Source: Octopus vulgaris
Lineage: Eukaryota
Length of the DNA stretch: 64,000 nt
Direction of reading: 5' to 3'
Assembly: GCA_951406725.2 (NCBI GenBank)
Contig: OX597822.1
Location: 30,690,001-30,754,000, forward strand
Part shown: piece by piece, positions 39,352 to 53,599 of the stretch
How positions within the stretch are numbered: the stretch's first letter is position 1
Layout: the number at the start of each line of letters is the position of its first letter
The notes under the pieces: model-generated
Databases searched by the model: none
What the model saw: the letters and a program-made list of their open reading frames with translations, nothing else
Told to the model about the DNA's origin: nothing
Made by a program: the position numbers and the translations under genes

Positions 39352-39747
39352 CTAGCAGTATCGCCCGGCGTTGCTCGGGTTTGTAAGGGAAATAACTATA
39401 TAAGCATTTTTAGAGAGTTATAGCCAAAAAATAGCAAAAAAATGCATTAAAAATGGAAAAAAAATTAAGGTAATTATTTTTTTAAATCGTTGACACATCG
39501 TAGATATTTTTAGAGAGTTATTTCCCTTATATAATAGCGAAAAAATGCATTAAAATGGAAAAATATGATGGTAAATTTTTTAAAATCGTAGACTCATCGT
39601 AGACGCACGCTAATACCCAAAAGGGCTCGATATGAATCACGACTATAAGATACCCGGTTTTGGTTACACTGCACCGCAAAATGTGGGAGTAGTTAGGAAT
39701 CTAAATCGTAGGAGACAGACACACAACTTCACTTTTATATATAAAGA
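39352..39747 (-). mobile_element. Complete non-autonomous Helitron
   Basis: Minus strand A|TCTTTATATATAAAAG...CCCGAGCAACGCCGGG hairpin...CTAG|T; internal tandem duplication. Confidence 0.88.
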
Positions 39748-39959
39748 TATAAGCCACGTAGTTATATACACATACTTTGTTATATACACATTCTTAAAAG
39801 AAAATGTTATTTTGAACACAACATTTATAAAGAATAAAATATTTTTTGGTTTTTCTTTTAAACGGATGCATGCATTTATTAATAACTGTATATAAGTGTC
39901 GTCTGTTTATACATAAACACTGTTTCATACTGTAAGCTCGGCTCGCCAATTAATACTAC

Positions 39960-40795
39960 CAAAATTTAACGACAGAAAGTAAAATAAAAACCAATTTACC
40001 TTTTCTGTATTGTTATAGCAATTCGACCGTCCGTGTGTCTTTGCAAATGTGTTGGAATGAGAAGTGAGTTGTGTTTTGGCGCCTTTTTTACTAATAACAA
40101 ACACACACGTGTTTGTATGTAGTTGTTTGAAACGTTTGTGTTTGTCACTGTCATATATGTATGTGTATGCGTGTGTGTGAGGAATGACACACACACACTC
40201 ACGCACGCACACATGTACATCAATGCTTTCGGAGTGAAATGTTAAAATATTGAGTTTTCTCGAATTTTGTCTTAATTGGGGGTAAAATTGAAAGAAATTT
40301 TGTATGGAATGACCCAATGGAAGTACTTTGAAAAATCATTGGTAAACTCTAATTAAAGAAATTGTGTGAGGAGTAAATCGTTATGTATTTATTTGTTTCT
40401 GCTTGCTGTGTTTTTTTTTTTAGTAGTGGTTTAAGGTACACTTCTCTCGTTTTATCGAAATAGTTTCACTTTAATCGTTGCAAACTTGCAAAGAGAAAGT
40501 CGTAGAAATTAGAGTGATTAGCGTGAGTGAATCAGATCGCTCCCTTTGTGTGTGTGTGTGTGTGTGCGTGTGCTATAGCCCGCACTAAGAAAAGCACTTG
40601 ACTCACACACCACAATGTGAGTTTTCTCTAAATTTTGCTTAATTGGGGTTGAAATTTTAAAAACTGGACCTGGCACGACCCGATGCATTCTACTCTTTAA
40701 AATGCTAGGTAAATTGTAATTGAAGAAATCCTATATTGTAGATTTCTATAAGAGACAAAGGGAGGCAGATAAAATCTGCCTTTTATAATAAGAGA
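39960..40795 (-). mobile_element. Second Helitron-like element, 3' end uncertain
   Basis: Minus strand a|TCTCTTATTATAAAAGGCAGATTTTATCTGCC start; internal repeat at 40252 and 40621. Confidence 0.55.
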
Positions 40796-40891
40796 TAATA
40801 AATAATATTAGAGTAATAAAATTATAGAAGTTATTATTACCAGTGGCCTAGGACAAAAGAAATAGACTATATACTATTCACATAAAAATAT

Positions 40892-41010
40892 CGTGTACAT
40901 TAGAACACATTAAGAGGCTTCTAAATAGGAGGCTATTTGAGTTTTCTAGTGCTCTTTCTAGCACAAGGCTTTCCTATTTGGAAGCTTCTTAGTGTGTTCT
41001 AATGTACACG
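40892..41010. repeat. Fold-back element
   Basis: Arms 40892-40930 / 40972-41010; related inverted fragment at 38994-39060. Confidence 0.75.
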
Positions 41011-41060
<50 letters not shown>

Positions 41061-41065
<5 letters not shown>

Positions 41066-41240
41066 AAACTAAGAGGAATGACCACTAAAGTGGACGCCTA
41101 ATATGCTAAACATAAATGTCAAATCGCCATTATCACGAAGAATGTGTTCTCAAGAGATATTTTCGGGGTAATGGCGATTTCACGTCTGTGTTTAGCATAT
41201 TAGGTGTCCACTTTAGTGGTCATTCCTTTTAATGTTGTAT
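41061..41240. repeat. Fold-back element after (TA)n
   Basis: ~78-bp imperfect arms 41061-41138 / 41162-41240. Confidence 0.8.
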
Positions 41241-41964
41241 GTAACGTAATTTTTAATCTTCGGATTTTAAAAATATTCTACGCCACTGGTTTTAATTGAT
41301 TAATATCAATTTCTACCCTTATTACTTAATTATATATAAATATGTTGTGTGTTTTTTTGTGTTTATAAGTAGATACACGTATGTCTATGTAAGTGTGTGT
41401 GTATATGTGTATAAACGAGGGTATGCTGCTGTATGCGGATGCGTAAGTGTGCGTGCGTATCGACGTGTAGGAATGTCTGATAGATTGAATTTTCGTGCAA
41501 TACGTAAAAGTCTACGAGGAAATCACTGAAAAATCCAATAACTTGGAACAATATTCTTTTGTGATTCTTGTTCAGCCCCAGTTGCACAGTTAAGCCCGTG
41601 TTGTGATGATGATGATTTTGATGATAATCATCATCATCATCATCATTATCATCATCATCATCAATAAAGTAATCTAATGATTGATCTATTGGAAAACAGT
41701 AAATAATGCAACTGTTCTTCACAAAATAAATGCCATTTAATACAAGCATATACAACGCATGAGTTTGCTTAAATGATTTTAACCAATCAATTTTCATCTT
41801 CTGTATTAATATATATGCATATTCGTGTCTCTGAATTGTATTACGATTCTAACACTGTAACCAACGTCTCTCTTTTCTGTTGTCGCTCCTTATCTCTTTC
41901 TCTAACATATACATACATAGATAGGAGACAGACATAGATAATACGCACATACATACATACATAT

Positions 41965-42240
41965 TAAGTCGATTAAAAAACCGAGAAAAAATACAATAAG
42001 GATAAACAATAATGCGAGTACATAACACATACAAAGTATTAATGAGACGCTTAAGGAAGGAAAGAGTGGTTGTTTTACGTTTCGAGCATAGCTCTTCTTC
42101 GGAGACAGAAAACAAAGAAAAGTCCAAAAGAAAAGGAAGAAGGATGAAAAATATCGCCAACTCTACACGTGTGATTACATTTTTGAAATGACCAGAAGTA
42201 GATGGACAAAAAGAAAAAGTGCTTTCTGGGACAGGGGTGT
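41965..42240 (-). mobile_element. Family H2-related element with hammerhead-like motif
   Basis: Minus strand GTCT-CCGAAGA-A-GAGC-TAT-GCTC-GAAAC-GTA-AAAC (42072-42106). Confidence 0.68.
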
Positions 42241-42330
42241 GTGAAGAATGATTAGTATCTATGTGTATGTGTATGTGTGTGTTTGTGTGTGTGTGTATGT
42301 GTATGCGTGTGTGTGTGTGTGTGTGTACGT

Positions 42331-42376
<46 letters not shown>

Positions 42377-42654
42377 CTCAAGAAGATCAGTTACAGGCAT
42401 AATATGATGAGACAGTTATGACGAATTATGAATTTTACTCTGACAAGATCAGAAATGAAGAGATCCAACGGCGTGCTGGACTGCCTCCTATGATTTCCGT
42501 AAGGAAATATAATTAACCCATATAGGGATCCTGACAGTTACTGCCGTTCTGGGTGAGAACAGATCTTGTAGTAATGGTAATTAATGCTCCCCACAACTCC
42601 AGAAATCCCGAAGTGGAAACACGCCAGCAGATGCAGTTTAATGCCATACCCAGG

Positions 42655-42778
42655 ACATACATGCATACATACACATCTATCCATCCATCCATCCATACAT
42701 ACTTATATACATACTTACATACATAATACATACATAAATACATACATTCATACACACACACATACATACATACATACA

Positions 42779-42814
<36 letters not shown>

Positions 42815-42824
42815 CATACATAAA

Positions 42825-42858
<34 letters not shown>

Positions 42859-42902
42859 CTACTTACATACATAATACATACATAAATACATACATACACA
42901 CA

Positions 42903-42936
<34 letters not shown>

Positions 42937-42996
42937 CATACTTACATATATACTACTTACATACATAATACATACATAAATACATACATACACACA

Positions 42997-43030
<34 letters not shown>

Positions 43031-43140
43031 CATACTTACATATATACTACTTACATACATAATACATACATAAATACATACATGCATACATGCATACATA
43101 CATACATACATACATACATACATACATACATACGTTCATG
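42655..43140. repeat. (CATA)n tract with higher-order repetition
   Basis: Direct repeats. Confidence 0.9.
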
Positions 43141-43144
43141 CATA

Positions 43145-43216
43145 TAGAGACCGCCAAAAAAATGTATACACACCTCGTTTCCTGAAGTGTTTATACCTTC
43201 TTGTTGGCGGACTCTG
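43145..43216. mobile_element. Tiny Tc1/mariner-type MITE
   Basis: agagaccgccaaaaaaatgtatacacac / gtgtttataccttcttgttggcggactctg|TA. Confidence 0.6.
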
Positions 43217-43365
43217 TATATATATCATATTTTTTCATCACTACATCTCTGTGGGGGTGCATGTGTGTAAGTATTAATTAATCTATTCTAAGACGTTTTA
43301 TAAATAATGCAGTATGAAAATGTAAATACGAAGGCTCAGTTATCTCACAAATATATGATTAGAAC

Positions 43366-43875
43366 ATGTCTGTCTGCCTGTCTGTCTGTCTGTCTGTCTG
43401 TCTGCCTCTCTGTCTGTCTGTCCGTTCGTCCATCTGCCTGTCCGTCTGTCTGTCTGTCTGTCTGTCTGCCTGTCTGTCCGTCCGTCCGTCTGTCCATCCA
43501 TCCGTCTGCCTGTCTATCTGTCTGTCTGTTTGTCTGTCTTTCTGTCCGTCCGTCCGCCTGTCTGTCTGTCCGTCCCTCTGTCTGTTTGTCTGTCTGTCTG
43601 TCTGTCCGTCTGCCTGTCTATCTGTCCGTCCGTCCATCTGCCTGTCCGTCTGTTTGTCTGTCTGTCTGTTTGTCTGTCTGTTTGTCTGCCTGTCCGTCCG
43701 TCTGCCTGTCTGTCCGTCCGTCCGTCCGTCCGTCCGTCTGTATGTATGTCTGTCTTTCTATCCGTCCGTCCGCCTGTCTGTCCGTCCGCCTGTCTGTCCG
43801 TCCCTCTGTCTGTCTGTCTGTCTGTCTATCCGTCCGTCCCTCTTTCTGTCTGTCCATATTTCTGTCTGTCTGTCT
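43366..43875. repeat. (TCTG/TCCG)n microsatellite
   Basis: Direct repeats. Confidence 0.95.
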
Positions 43876-44317
43876 GATTGCCCGCTTGTCTGTCAAGTTA
43901 GTTTAGTAGCTTATTTTCTGCTAAGCAGCTCAAATGCAAGTGGCTATATTGCTTATTGTGAATAGTAGCCGAACCTCTCTCTATTATTTTAATTAGGGCC
44001 TGCTACGATGGATTCGGTTCTAGTATCGCATTATCATGAAAGGGAAGGAGAGAGTGGTAGGTTGGGAGAAGCAGACAATATTCTCAGAGCTGAAACATGT
44101 TCGATCATAAGTCTCATTGATCAGTGGAGATAAACAACAGCAACAATAGGAAGAAACAGAAAGAGGAAGAAAAGGAAAACAAGAACAACAGCAACAACAA
44201 CAAATAAAATTTGGGACAAAATGGTGGGAGGATCGCCCTGAATCTTCAAGTAATCTGTAGCATCATGAATTCATCAATTACGACGACGGCGATGAAGCCG
44301 TCGTCGACAATTGAGAG

Positions 44318-44349
44318 GATGATGATGATGATGATGATGATGGTGGTGG

Positions 44350-44420
<71 letters not shown>

Positions 44421-44643
44421 GTGATGATGATGGTGGTGGTGGTGGTGATGGTGATGATGATGATGATGATAATGATGATGATGATAACGACGACGACGAT
44501 GATGATGATGCTGATGGTAATGATGAAGCATCTGCTGCTATTGCTTCTGCCGATGATGATGATGATGATGATGATGACGCCGATGACAATGACGCTGATG
44601 ATGACACCGATGATGATGACGCTGCTGCTGCTGTTGCTGTTGC

Positions 44644-44675
<32 letters not shown>

Positions 44676-44700
44676 ATGATTATGATGATGATGACGCCAT
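44318..44700. repeat. (GAT/GGT/GCT)n microsatellite
   Basis: Direct repeats. Confidence 0.95.
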
Positions 44701-45054
44701 CACGACAATGAGGTTGATGAAAACGATAACGCTGATGAGGCGATCATAAAGATGATCATGAGAAGGCGGATAAACCCGGTTCTGAGTTTGGGATTAGAAG
44801 AAACTTTTTCACGTTTTCAAAATATTCTTGACTTTTGGGGCACAAATCTCCACCTGTACGCATAATCATTCATATCTCTTCCCGTATTTAACACATTGTA
44901 AAACAAAAGGCCTTCGGCTATCCTGGGACCTCGAAGGGTTTTACTCGAGTAAATTGTTCCCAGGACTTCCTTTTCTTTTTATGTCTGGTATAAATTCTAT
45001 TGACCTCTTGTATCAAAGCGTTTTTGACAGTAGGCCAGTTGGGACAACCCAACG

Positions 45055-45432
45055 GGAGATTTTCAGTCGAACAAATCGACCCCAGGAAAATTCATTTTAA
45101 ATCTGGTACTTATTTATCGATCCTTTTTACCGAACCGTTACCTTTCGGAGACGTAAACAGACCAACACCAGTTGTTAAATGGTGGTGGTGATGGTGGGGA
45201 AAACGCGGATACACATATACACAGACATACACACATACTCACGCGCACACTCGTGCATACACACATACACACACAGACATATTACGACAGGCTTCTTTCA
45301 GTTTCCGTCTTCCAAATTCATTCACCAGACTTTGGTATGCCCGTGGTTATAGATTATGTACCACGCAGCGGGAGTGTATCCTGTATCGTCTGCCTAGGAA
45401 GCAAAATTCTTCCCACACAGCCACGCCTGGGC
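45055..45432 (-). mobile_element. SINE family C, degenerate
   Basis: aaatcgaccccagg..tttcagtttccgtct..ccacacagccac. Confidence 0.75.
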
Positions 45433-45468
45433 CTACAAAGCCATACCTGCTCCTCTCTCTCTCTCTCA

Positions 45469-45566
<98 letters not shown>

Positions 45567-45579
45567 GCATGTATATGTA

Positions 45580-46030
45580 TACTACCCTTGAAGTCGCCCT
45601 TCGGGCGGCATTCTGTTTCGCTCCTGCTAAGAGCACCTTTGAGGTCTTTGGCCCAACTATCGGGCTGTGAAGCGGCCCTTTGCCCTTGTGTAATGTAATG
45701 GACACGGACACATTCATTGCATATGTATCACCTCTTATTAATTATGTGATACCCCATTTAAAACTCCCTACTCGACATATTTCCACACACCCATACCCTT
45801 ACACTCAATATCTGAACCTCATTCGCACCCGTCCCTAATCCCCATGTCCCATTAACTTGTTGTTTATTCATCAAGTAACGTGAATTCCATCTCTGTAACA
45901 GTCTGGTGGTGTGTATCAAATGTTGGACCGCTTTCTGCCAGCTTTGCTGATCGACACACAGCTAGTTTCTCGTTTGCCATACATGTTCCTATAAGACTTA
46001 CAGCTAAGTTCTAGCCTTGAATCCGCTCTT
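45580..46030 (-). mobile_element. Possible Penelope 3' relic with degenerate hammerhead-like motif
   Basis: HVWQTRN*L resembles YVGQT of GIY-YIG; minus strand GCTC-TTAGCAG-GAGC-GAAAC at 45615-45634. Confidence 0.35.
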
Positions 46031-46570
46031 TAGATGGCATTCAGGCTACAAAATATAAATAACTCTTAAATATTAATATCCACAATATCACACTTGAAAA
46101 TTACTCTTTATCTCGATTTGAATCTACGTGAAGGTATTTAGAATGCCCAAACTTATTTCTGCAAATGCGCTAAGCACTGATGCTGATCATTGCTTGATCA
46201 ATAAACGTAGGAGCAAGGTAACTGCTGTAACAATTCTGGGGGTAAGTGGGGCCCCATTTAAGCGGCTCTTCAGAAATTGAGCCTCCTAAGATACTCCCTG
46301 TGAGTTCATGGTATGAAATTCATTGTAATTGCTCCGATTTGATCGCCAATGTCATGTATTTAGTTTAAAATGCAGTAAAAATAGTGGGGTCAGTGAGACC
46401 CCAATTGGGTGGCCCTTAAAAGAGAGACCCCCTTAGGACATTACCTGGAATTAGAGGAGCTGCAGGTTTTGAGTTTCGTTGTTCTTGCACCAACGATCTA
46501 GGAGGAATTAACGAACATAAAAACGTAACGGACAGAGAAACATCACTCAAATTTGCAATAGAATATATTG

Positions 46571-46647
<77 letters not shown>

Positions 46648-46663
46648 GTTTATAAATATATAT

Positions 46664-46881
46664 CTCTTTTACTCTTTTACTTGTTTCAGTCATTTGACTG
46701 CGGCCATGCTGCAGCACCGCCTTTAGTCGAGCAAATCGACCCCGGAACTTATTCTTTGTAAGCCCAGTACTTATTCTATCGGTCTCTTTTGCCGAACCGC
46801 TAGTGACGGGGACGTAAACACACCAGCATCGGTTGTCAAGCAATGCTAGAGGGACAAACACAGACACACAAACATACACAC

Positions 46882-46936
<55 letters not shown>

Positions 46937-47094
46937 CATGTACGACAGGCTTCTTTCAGTTTCCGTCTACCAAATCCACTCACAAGGCTTTGGTCGGCCC
47001 GAGGCTATAACAGAAGACACTTTCCCAAGATGCCACGCAGTGGGACTGAACCCGGAACCATGTGGTCGGTTAGCCAGCTACATACCACACAGCC
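46664..47094 (-). mobile_element. SINE family C, near full length
   Basis: Close to family consensus. Confidence 0.88.
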
Positions 47095-47111
47095 ATATAT
47101 ATATATATTTA

Positions 47112-48205
<1,094 letters not shown>

Positions 48206-48779
48206 TGTACGTATGTCGGCAGGTAAATAGGTAGGTACAAGATATGTCATAAGTCCCGTCAGTATTACATCAAGCTGGCTAAGAACAGGAGTTAGTTGTG
48301 CTTTATATTGTACGTATTGTTTCTTCCTCTCACTATTGTTTTCCCTCCAAGCACATTATTATAGCATTCATCCACCTCCCCACTGCATATGAATTCATTC
48401 ACACCTCTTCGGCTGTAGACTTCTACTTGTTTGCTACAGTTCAGGAATTCGAGGATAGTTGTCTAATGCCGTGCTATTCAGAGTGCCAACCACCACAATG
48501 ACCCTTGACAATGTAACTATGTTCTCGTAGACAAGTGAACAAAATAACTGCCATATTTGTCATTTTAGGGTGAGCAATATTCTCACATTTTACAAATATC
48601 TGTCAAAATGCATTCATAACGAAACAGCATAGACGATATTTAAAATATTTATAAACAAATTGTTACGGGCCAAGCAATAAAAATTGTATAATTTACTGTA
48701 TTTCTGAAACAACCACTGTTTGTGTGTGTGTGTGTGTGTCTGTGTGTGTGCGCGTGTGCGTGTGTGTGTGTGTGCCAGA

Positions 48780-48910
48780 CCCGGGAGTTCACAGTGCACA
48801 TCAAGGCAACACAGCGGAACAGGGATAACCTTAGAATCTCTGAGGTTATCCTCGTACACCAAAAGAAACCCAAGATCAGTAACAGAAGGGAGTTAAGGAA
48901 GCAAGCTGGT
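48780..48910 (+). mobile_element. Possible GIY-YIG C-terminal remnant
   Basis: NLRISEVILVHQKKPKISNRRE resembles L.I.EA..I...KP.IN...E. Confidence 0.35.
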
Positions 48911-49364
48911 TGCTATAACAACACCCTTCTGCGCATGTCTACTTCACACACGCTCACACATACGCACATCGGCAGCATTCGTCAATTGTTTGAAAATGGG
49001 GTCATAATCCCGAAATATTGAAAACAAGGTAATCTACATTAATTCACATATTTGTTTTCTTGATATTTACCTTGCATTTACTTCGTGTTGTTTTGGCCTT
49101 ACCCACGATCTTTTATACGATATGTTCTATACAATGCTTCAAAGTAATTATTCCAGTATATATATTATCAGTTTCAAGAATCTGTCTGTTATACTTGGCA
49201 TAGATGTACCACACATTCTCAGAGGCTCACCATGCATTTAGAGTAAGAGTTGATTGCTTAACACTATACTACACACTACAAAACAAAGTTAGACACAGGA
49301 AAATAGGATGAAATTCCTATGTAGCTTCAGAATTTTAACAAAATACACGTCAACTTCTTCTCTT

Positions 49365-49417
<53 letters not shown>

Positions 49418-49538
49418 ATGTATATATATATATATTTGTGAGTGTGCGCGCAAGCGCGTGTGCATTATATGTACATATATATGTATATATTCACATTATA
49501 CATGCTTGTATCTATTTGTCTATCTATCTATCTATCTA

Positions 49539-49569
<31 letters not shown>

Positions 49570-49573
<4 letters not shown>

Positions 49574-49586
49574 TATATAAAATCCG

Positions 49587-49618
<32 letters not shown>

Positions 49619-49760
49619 CTTCTAGGATCTCGGGCATCCTCCATCTGATTGCGCTCAACTTTGATATGTCGATACCGACAGTATCAGGGCGTGTATAAGT
49701 CTTGAAAAAATTACAAAAATCGATTCCTGGTGAGAATGCGATCGATAAAGCCGTGGAAAA
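49570..49760 (+). mobile_element. Non-autonomous Helitron-like 5' part
   Basis: a|TCTTATATAAAA start, (GT)n, homologous to 22385-22566. Confidence 0.65.
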
Positions 49761-49924
49761 TCGTTTTTCTTTGGAATAGAAAAAAAGTCTATCTTTATTT
49801 CTACCTTTGGTGGTGTCTCAAATTTAGGTTAAATCACTGTTTCTCAAAGGGGAGGCCTATGGGACGATCGGACAAGTTGTTTTGAGAAAATTTAGTTTAA
49901 ATGTTTGACAACTCAACACTGTCC

Positions 49925-49946
49925 ATTGGACGGGGGCGTTTTGTCG

Positions 49947-50012
<66 letters not shown>

Positions 50013-50215
50013 GCGTTTCTTTGCGTCTGTGTTTGCCCAACACCACCACTCGGCAAACGGTGCTGGTGTATTTACTTCCCCGTAACTTAGCGGTTCGGCA
50101 AAAGAGAACGATAGAATAAGTACCGGACTTTGAAAATCAAGTCCTGACGGGGTCGATTTGTTCGACTACAACCCCGCAGGGCGGTACCCCAGTATGGACG
50201 CAGTCAAGTGAGTGA
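49925..50215 (+). mobile_element. SINE family C 3' half
   Basis: cccgtaacttagcggttcggcaaaagag..gatagaataagtac. Confidence 0.75.
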
Positions 50216-50327
50216 CAAAGCATAACCAACAATTACATAAAATATTGCATCTCAAAAAAGAAAACAATAATTACACTGGGCTTTTTTCGGTCTGACCGAC
50301 TACACACACATGCGCGTACGTGCGTAA

Positions 50328-50368
<41 letters not shown>

Positions 50369-50548
50369 ATCACACATATCTATATTTACTAAAATAATAT
50401 GTACAATCATGAATGATTCCTTATCTTGATGCTCTTAGGATTAGAATTCAGAATGTAAGCATTATAATACTGATATATATTTCAGTTTGTCACGCAACTG
50501 CTTCCCCTGTCTGCTTTCTCCGACCCACACCTTATTAATATATAAATC

Positions 50549-50985
<437 letters not shown>

Positions 50986-51892
50986 TCTCTGGATAAAAAG
51001 CTACGCAATCTTCTATATCATGTCCTGTGGTAATAATGTCTCCGCAAAAAAAAAAAAAAAAATAGAAACAATGTAAGAATAAACAGAAACAAACGATCAA
51101 ATACAATGAATGTGAAAACTGATAGAAACTGTTTTGTCGAAATCTCCTGAGATTAGATGTCGCATGATTGCTAATGTAAATTTGTGGTTCGGATTCGGAT
51201 AGAGTGCAGATTCAATGCGTTTCTAATGTTTTTTCCGGAATCTGAAAGATCATACCTATGAGGAAAGGTATTCAGACCGTAACGATCTCGTAATTTTAGA
51301 TAATCTAAGTAACATTATCCAATGTGTCTCTTCCTCATCTTCGATAAAAAAGGGTTTGTTGTGATTGCATGCAGAGAACACAGGTTCGCAACTGGAGTTC
51401 CATATGATGTTCGAAATTTTTAATGAAAACAGTTTAAAATGTATTATTAATTAGTTACTTGTAATTTTTCAGTTATCTCTGTCTATGTAATATACTCTTT
51501 CCATACTAAAAGCAGAAGTGTATGGTACGGAAGTGTATGGCTTTTATCTGTAGCAGGTCGAGAGACGGCACAGGTTCTCCGCTGGGTTGCTGACCTCATT
51601 CATATCTAAAGATGTACTACAAACATATCCTTTCATAACTGTTTTTAATTTAGACCCAAGATCAGCAAATTTAAGGTGTTGCCAGAAGATCCATAATTAC
51701 ACTTATAAAAATGAATATTTGTGATATTTATACCCCTTTCAAAAGCTATTAGCGAGATTAAAGATTACCAAAATTGCTTGTTAAGAGATCAAAACCAATT
51801 TGCAAACTCAGATTGATGGAAGTATGCTTTTCTGTTCATTGTCACTTAGAAATTATATTGAAATCCTATACTTGTATATGAAGTGCCTATAA

Positions 51893-52305
51893 TGGTTTCA
51901 AATTTTGGCGCCAGGATAACAATTTTTGTATGGGAATAAGTTGATTACATCGACCCCAAAAGTACAACACGTACTTATTTAATCGACCCCGAAAGAATGA
52001 AAAGCAAAGACAAACTCGGCGGAATTTGAACTCAGAATGTGAGACAGATAAAATGCTGCCAAGCATTTTCCCGGCGTGCTAACGATTCTTATTTCTTTAT
52101 TGCCCACAAGGGGCTAAACACAGAGAGGACAAACAAGAACAGACATACGGATTAAGTCGATTATATCGACCCCAGTGCGTAACTGGTACTTAATTTATCG
52201 AGCCCAAAAGGATGAAAGGCAAAGTCGACCTCAGGACGTTACGGTAGACGAAATACGGCTACGCATTTCGACCGGCGTACTAACGTTTCGGACAGCTCGC
52301 CGCCT
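51893..52305 (-). mobile_element. Young family A SINE joined to the head of an old family A SINE
   Basis: Junction at about 52090: sense ...aaagaaata|agaatcgttagcac. Confidence 0.82.
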
Positions 52306-53061
52306 TGTTTTACCATTATATTCGTCTAAGAAAGGCAGCGAATGAGTTGAGTCGTTAGGGAGTTTGGTAGAAATCTATGCTAAATTTGTTCACAAATCCT
52401 GTACCTGAAGTTCGAATCCCGTCAAGGAAAACTCTCCTTTCTATCATTTTGAGTTGATAAAGATGTCGTAGTCGGGAGGGAAGATAAGGAGAATCGTTAT
52501 AGCGTCGGATGTTATGGTGTGCGCCATCTGTTTTAACTCTCTGCGGTCTGCAGGTAATATCTATGAAAATCTTGGCAACAAGTTGTATAAATATTGCCTT
52601 TCTACTGGGTATCATCCCTGCTGTGGAGAGGAGGACTTGCAAGCACTATCTACTGCTGGCGTCCTGTAAAGAAAACTTTGCACTTTTACAGTTCCAGATA
52701 CTCAGGCCATCTATAACAAGAGAAAAATACACTGTTCACTGTAGTGGTTTCTGGTTTTGGAATGATGTCAGAAATTTTCGACCTAATTACTTGGCTGCTA
52801 ATTATTGAACCCAAAATGATCAAAGACAAAGCTAGCTTCAGCGGGATTTGAAATCAGAACATAAACAACGGGAAAAAATATTTCAAAGCAATTTCTATTT
52901 ATAAATATCTGAACGATGACATATACGTATTGCCGCTGTACAAAGTAAAATGATGACATTTCCAATTTTTATAGTCTTTCATCTCCAAAGTATACATTTG
53001 AAAGTTGTTGTAAATAATTTATACGTACAATATCACAGCTGATGGTAGACTTTATCTTTCG

Positions 53062-53106
<45 letters not shown>

Positions 53107-53139
53107 TTATCTGTCTGTCAATTTATCTGCCTATTTATG

Positions 53140-53193
<54 letters not shown>

Positions 53194-53275
53194 TTATCTA
53201 TTTGCTAAACTGGCAACATGACCATCTACAAATTCAACAATATATATATCTATATATATATATATATATATATAT

Positions 53276-53513
53276 ACCGGAGTAAACACATAAATGTGAA
53301 ACAAAGTGGAAAAAAGAGTACTCAAATACCAGTGGTAGAGTAATATGCTTTATTTAAAGCAGCAGAAAATTCAACAAAATCTGTTACTCTGAGTTTCTCG
53401 TTGCCGTTCATCAGACAAAAACTGTCTGATGAACGGCAAAAACTGTCTGATGAACGGCAACGAGAAACTCAGAGTAACAGATTTTGTTGAATTTTCTGCT
53501 GCCTTAAATAAAG

Positions 53514-53515
<2 letters not shown>
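53276..53515. mobile_element. Fold-back element with back-to-back hammerhead-like motifs
   Basis: Arms 53348-53417 / 53444-53513; CTGATGA 53447-53453, GAAACTC 53464-53470; 21-bp tandem duplication at the turn. Confidence 0.78.
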
Positions 53516-53555
<40 letters not shown>

Positions 53556-53599
53556 CATATATATATATATATTTATATATATATATATATATATATATA

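Noticed and set aside
51100-51830. Unique-looking stretch as exon or third receptor pseudogene
   Set aside because: Frames I translated are closed and show no family motifs; left unexplained
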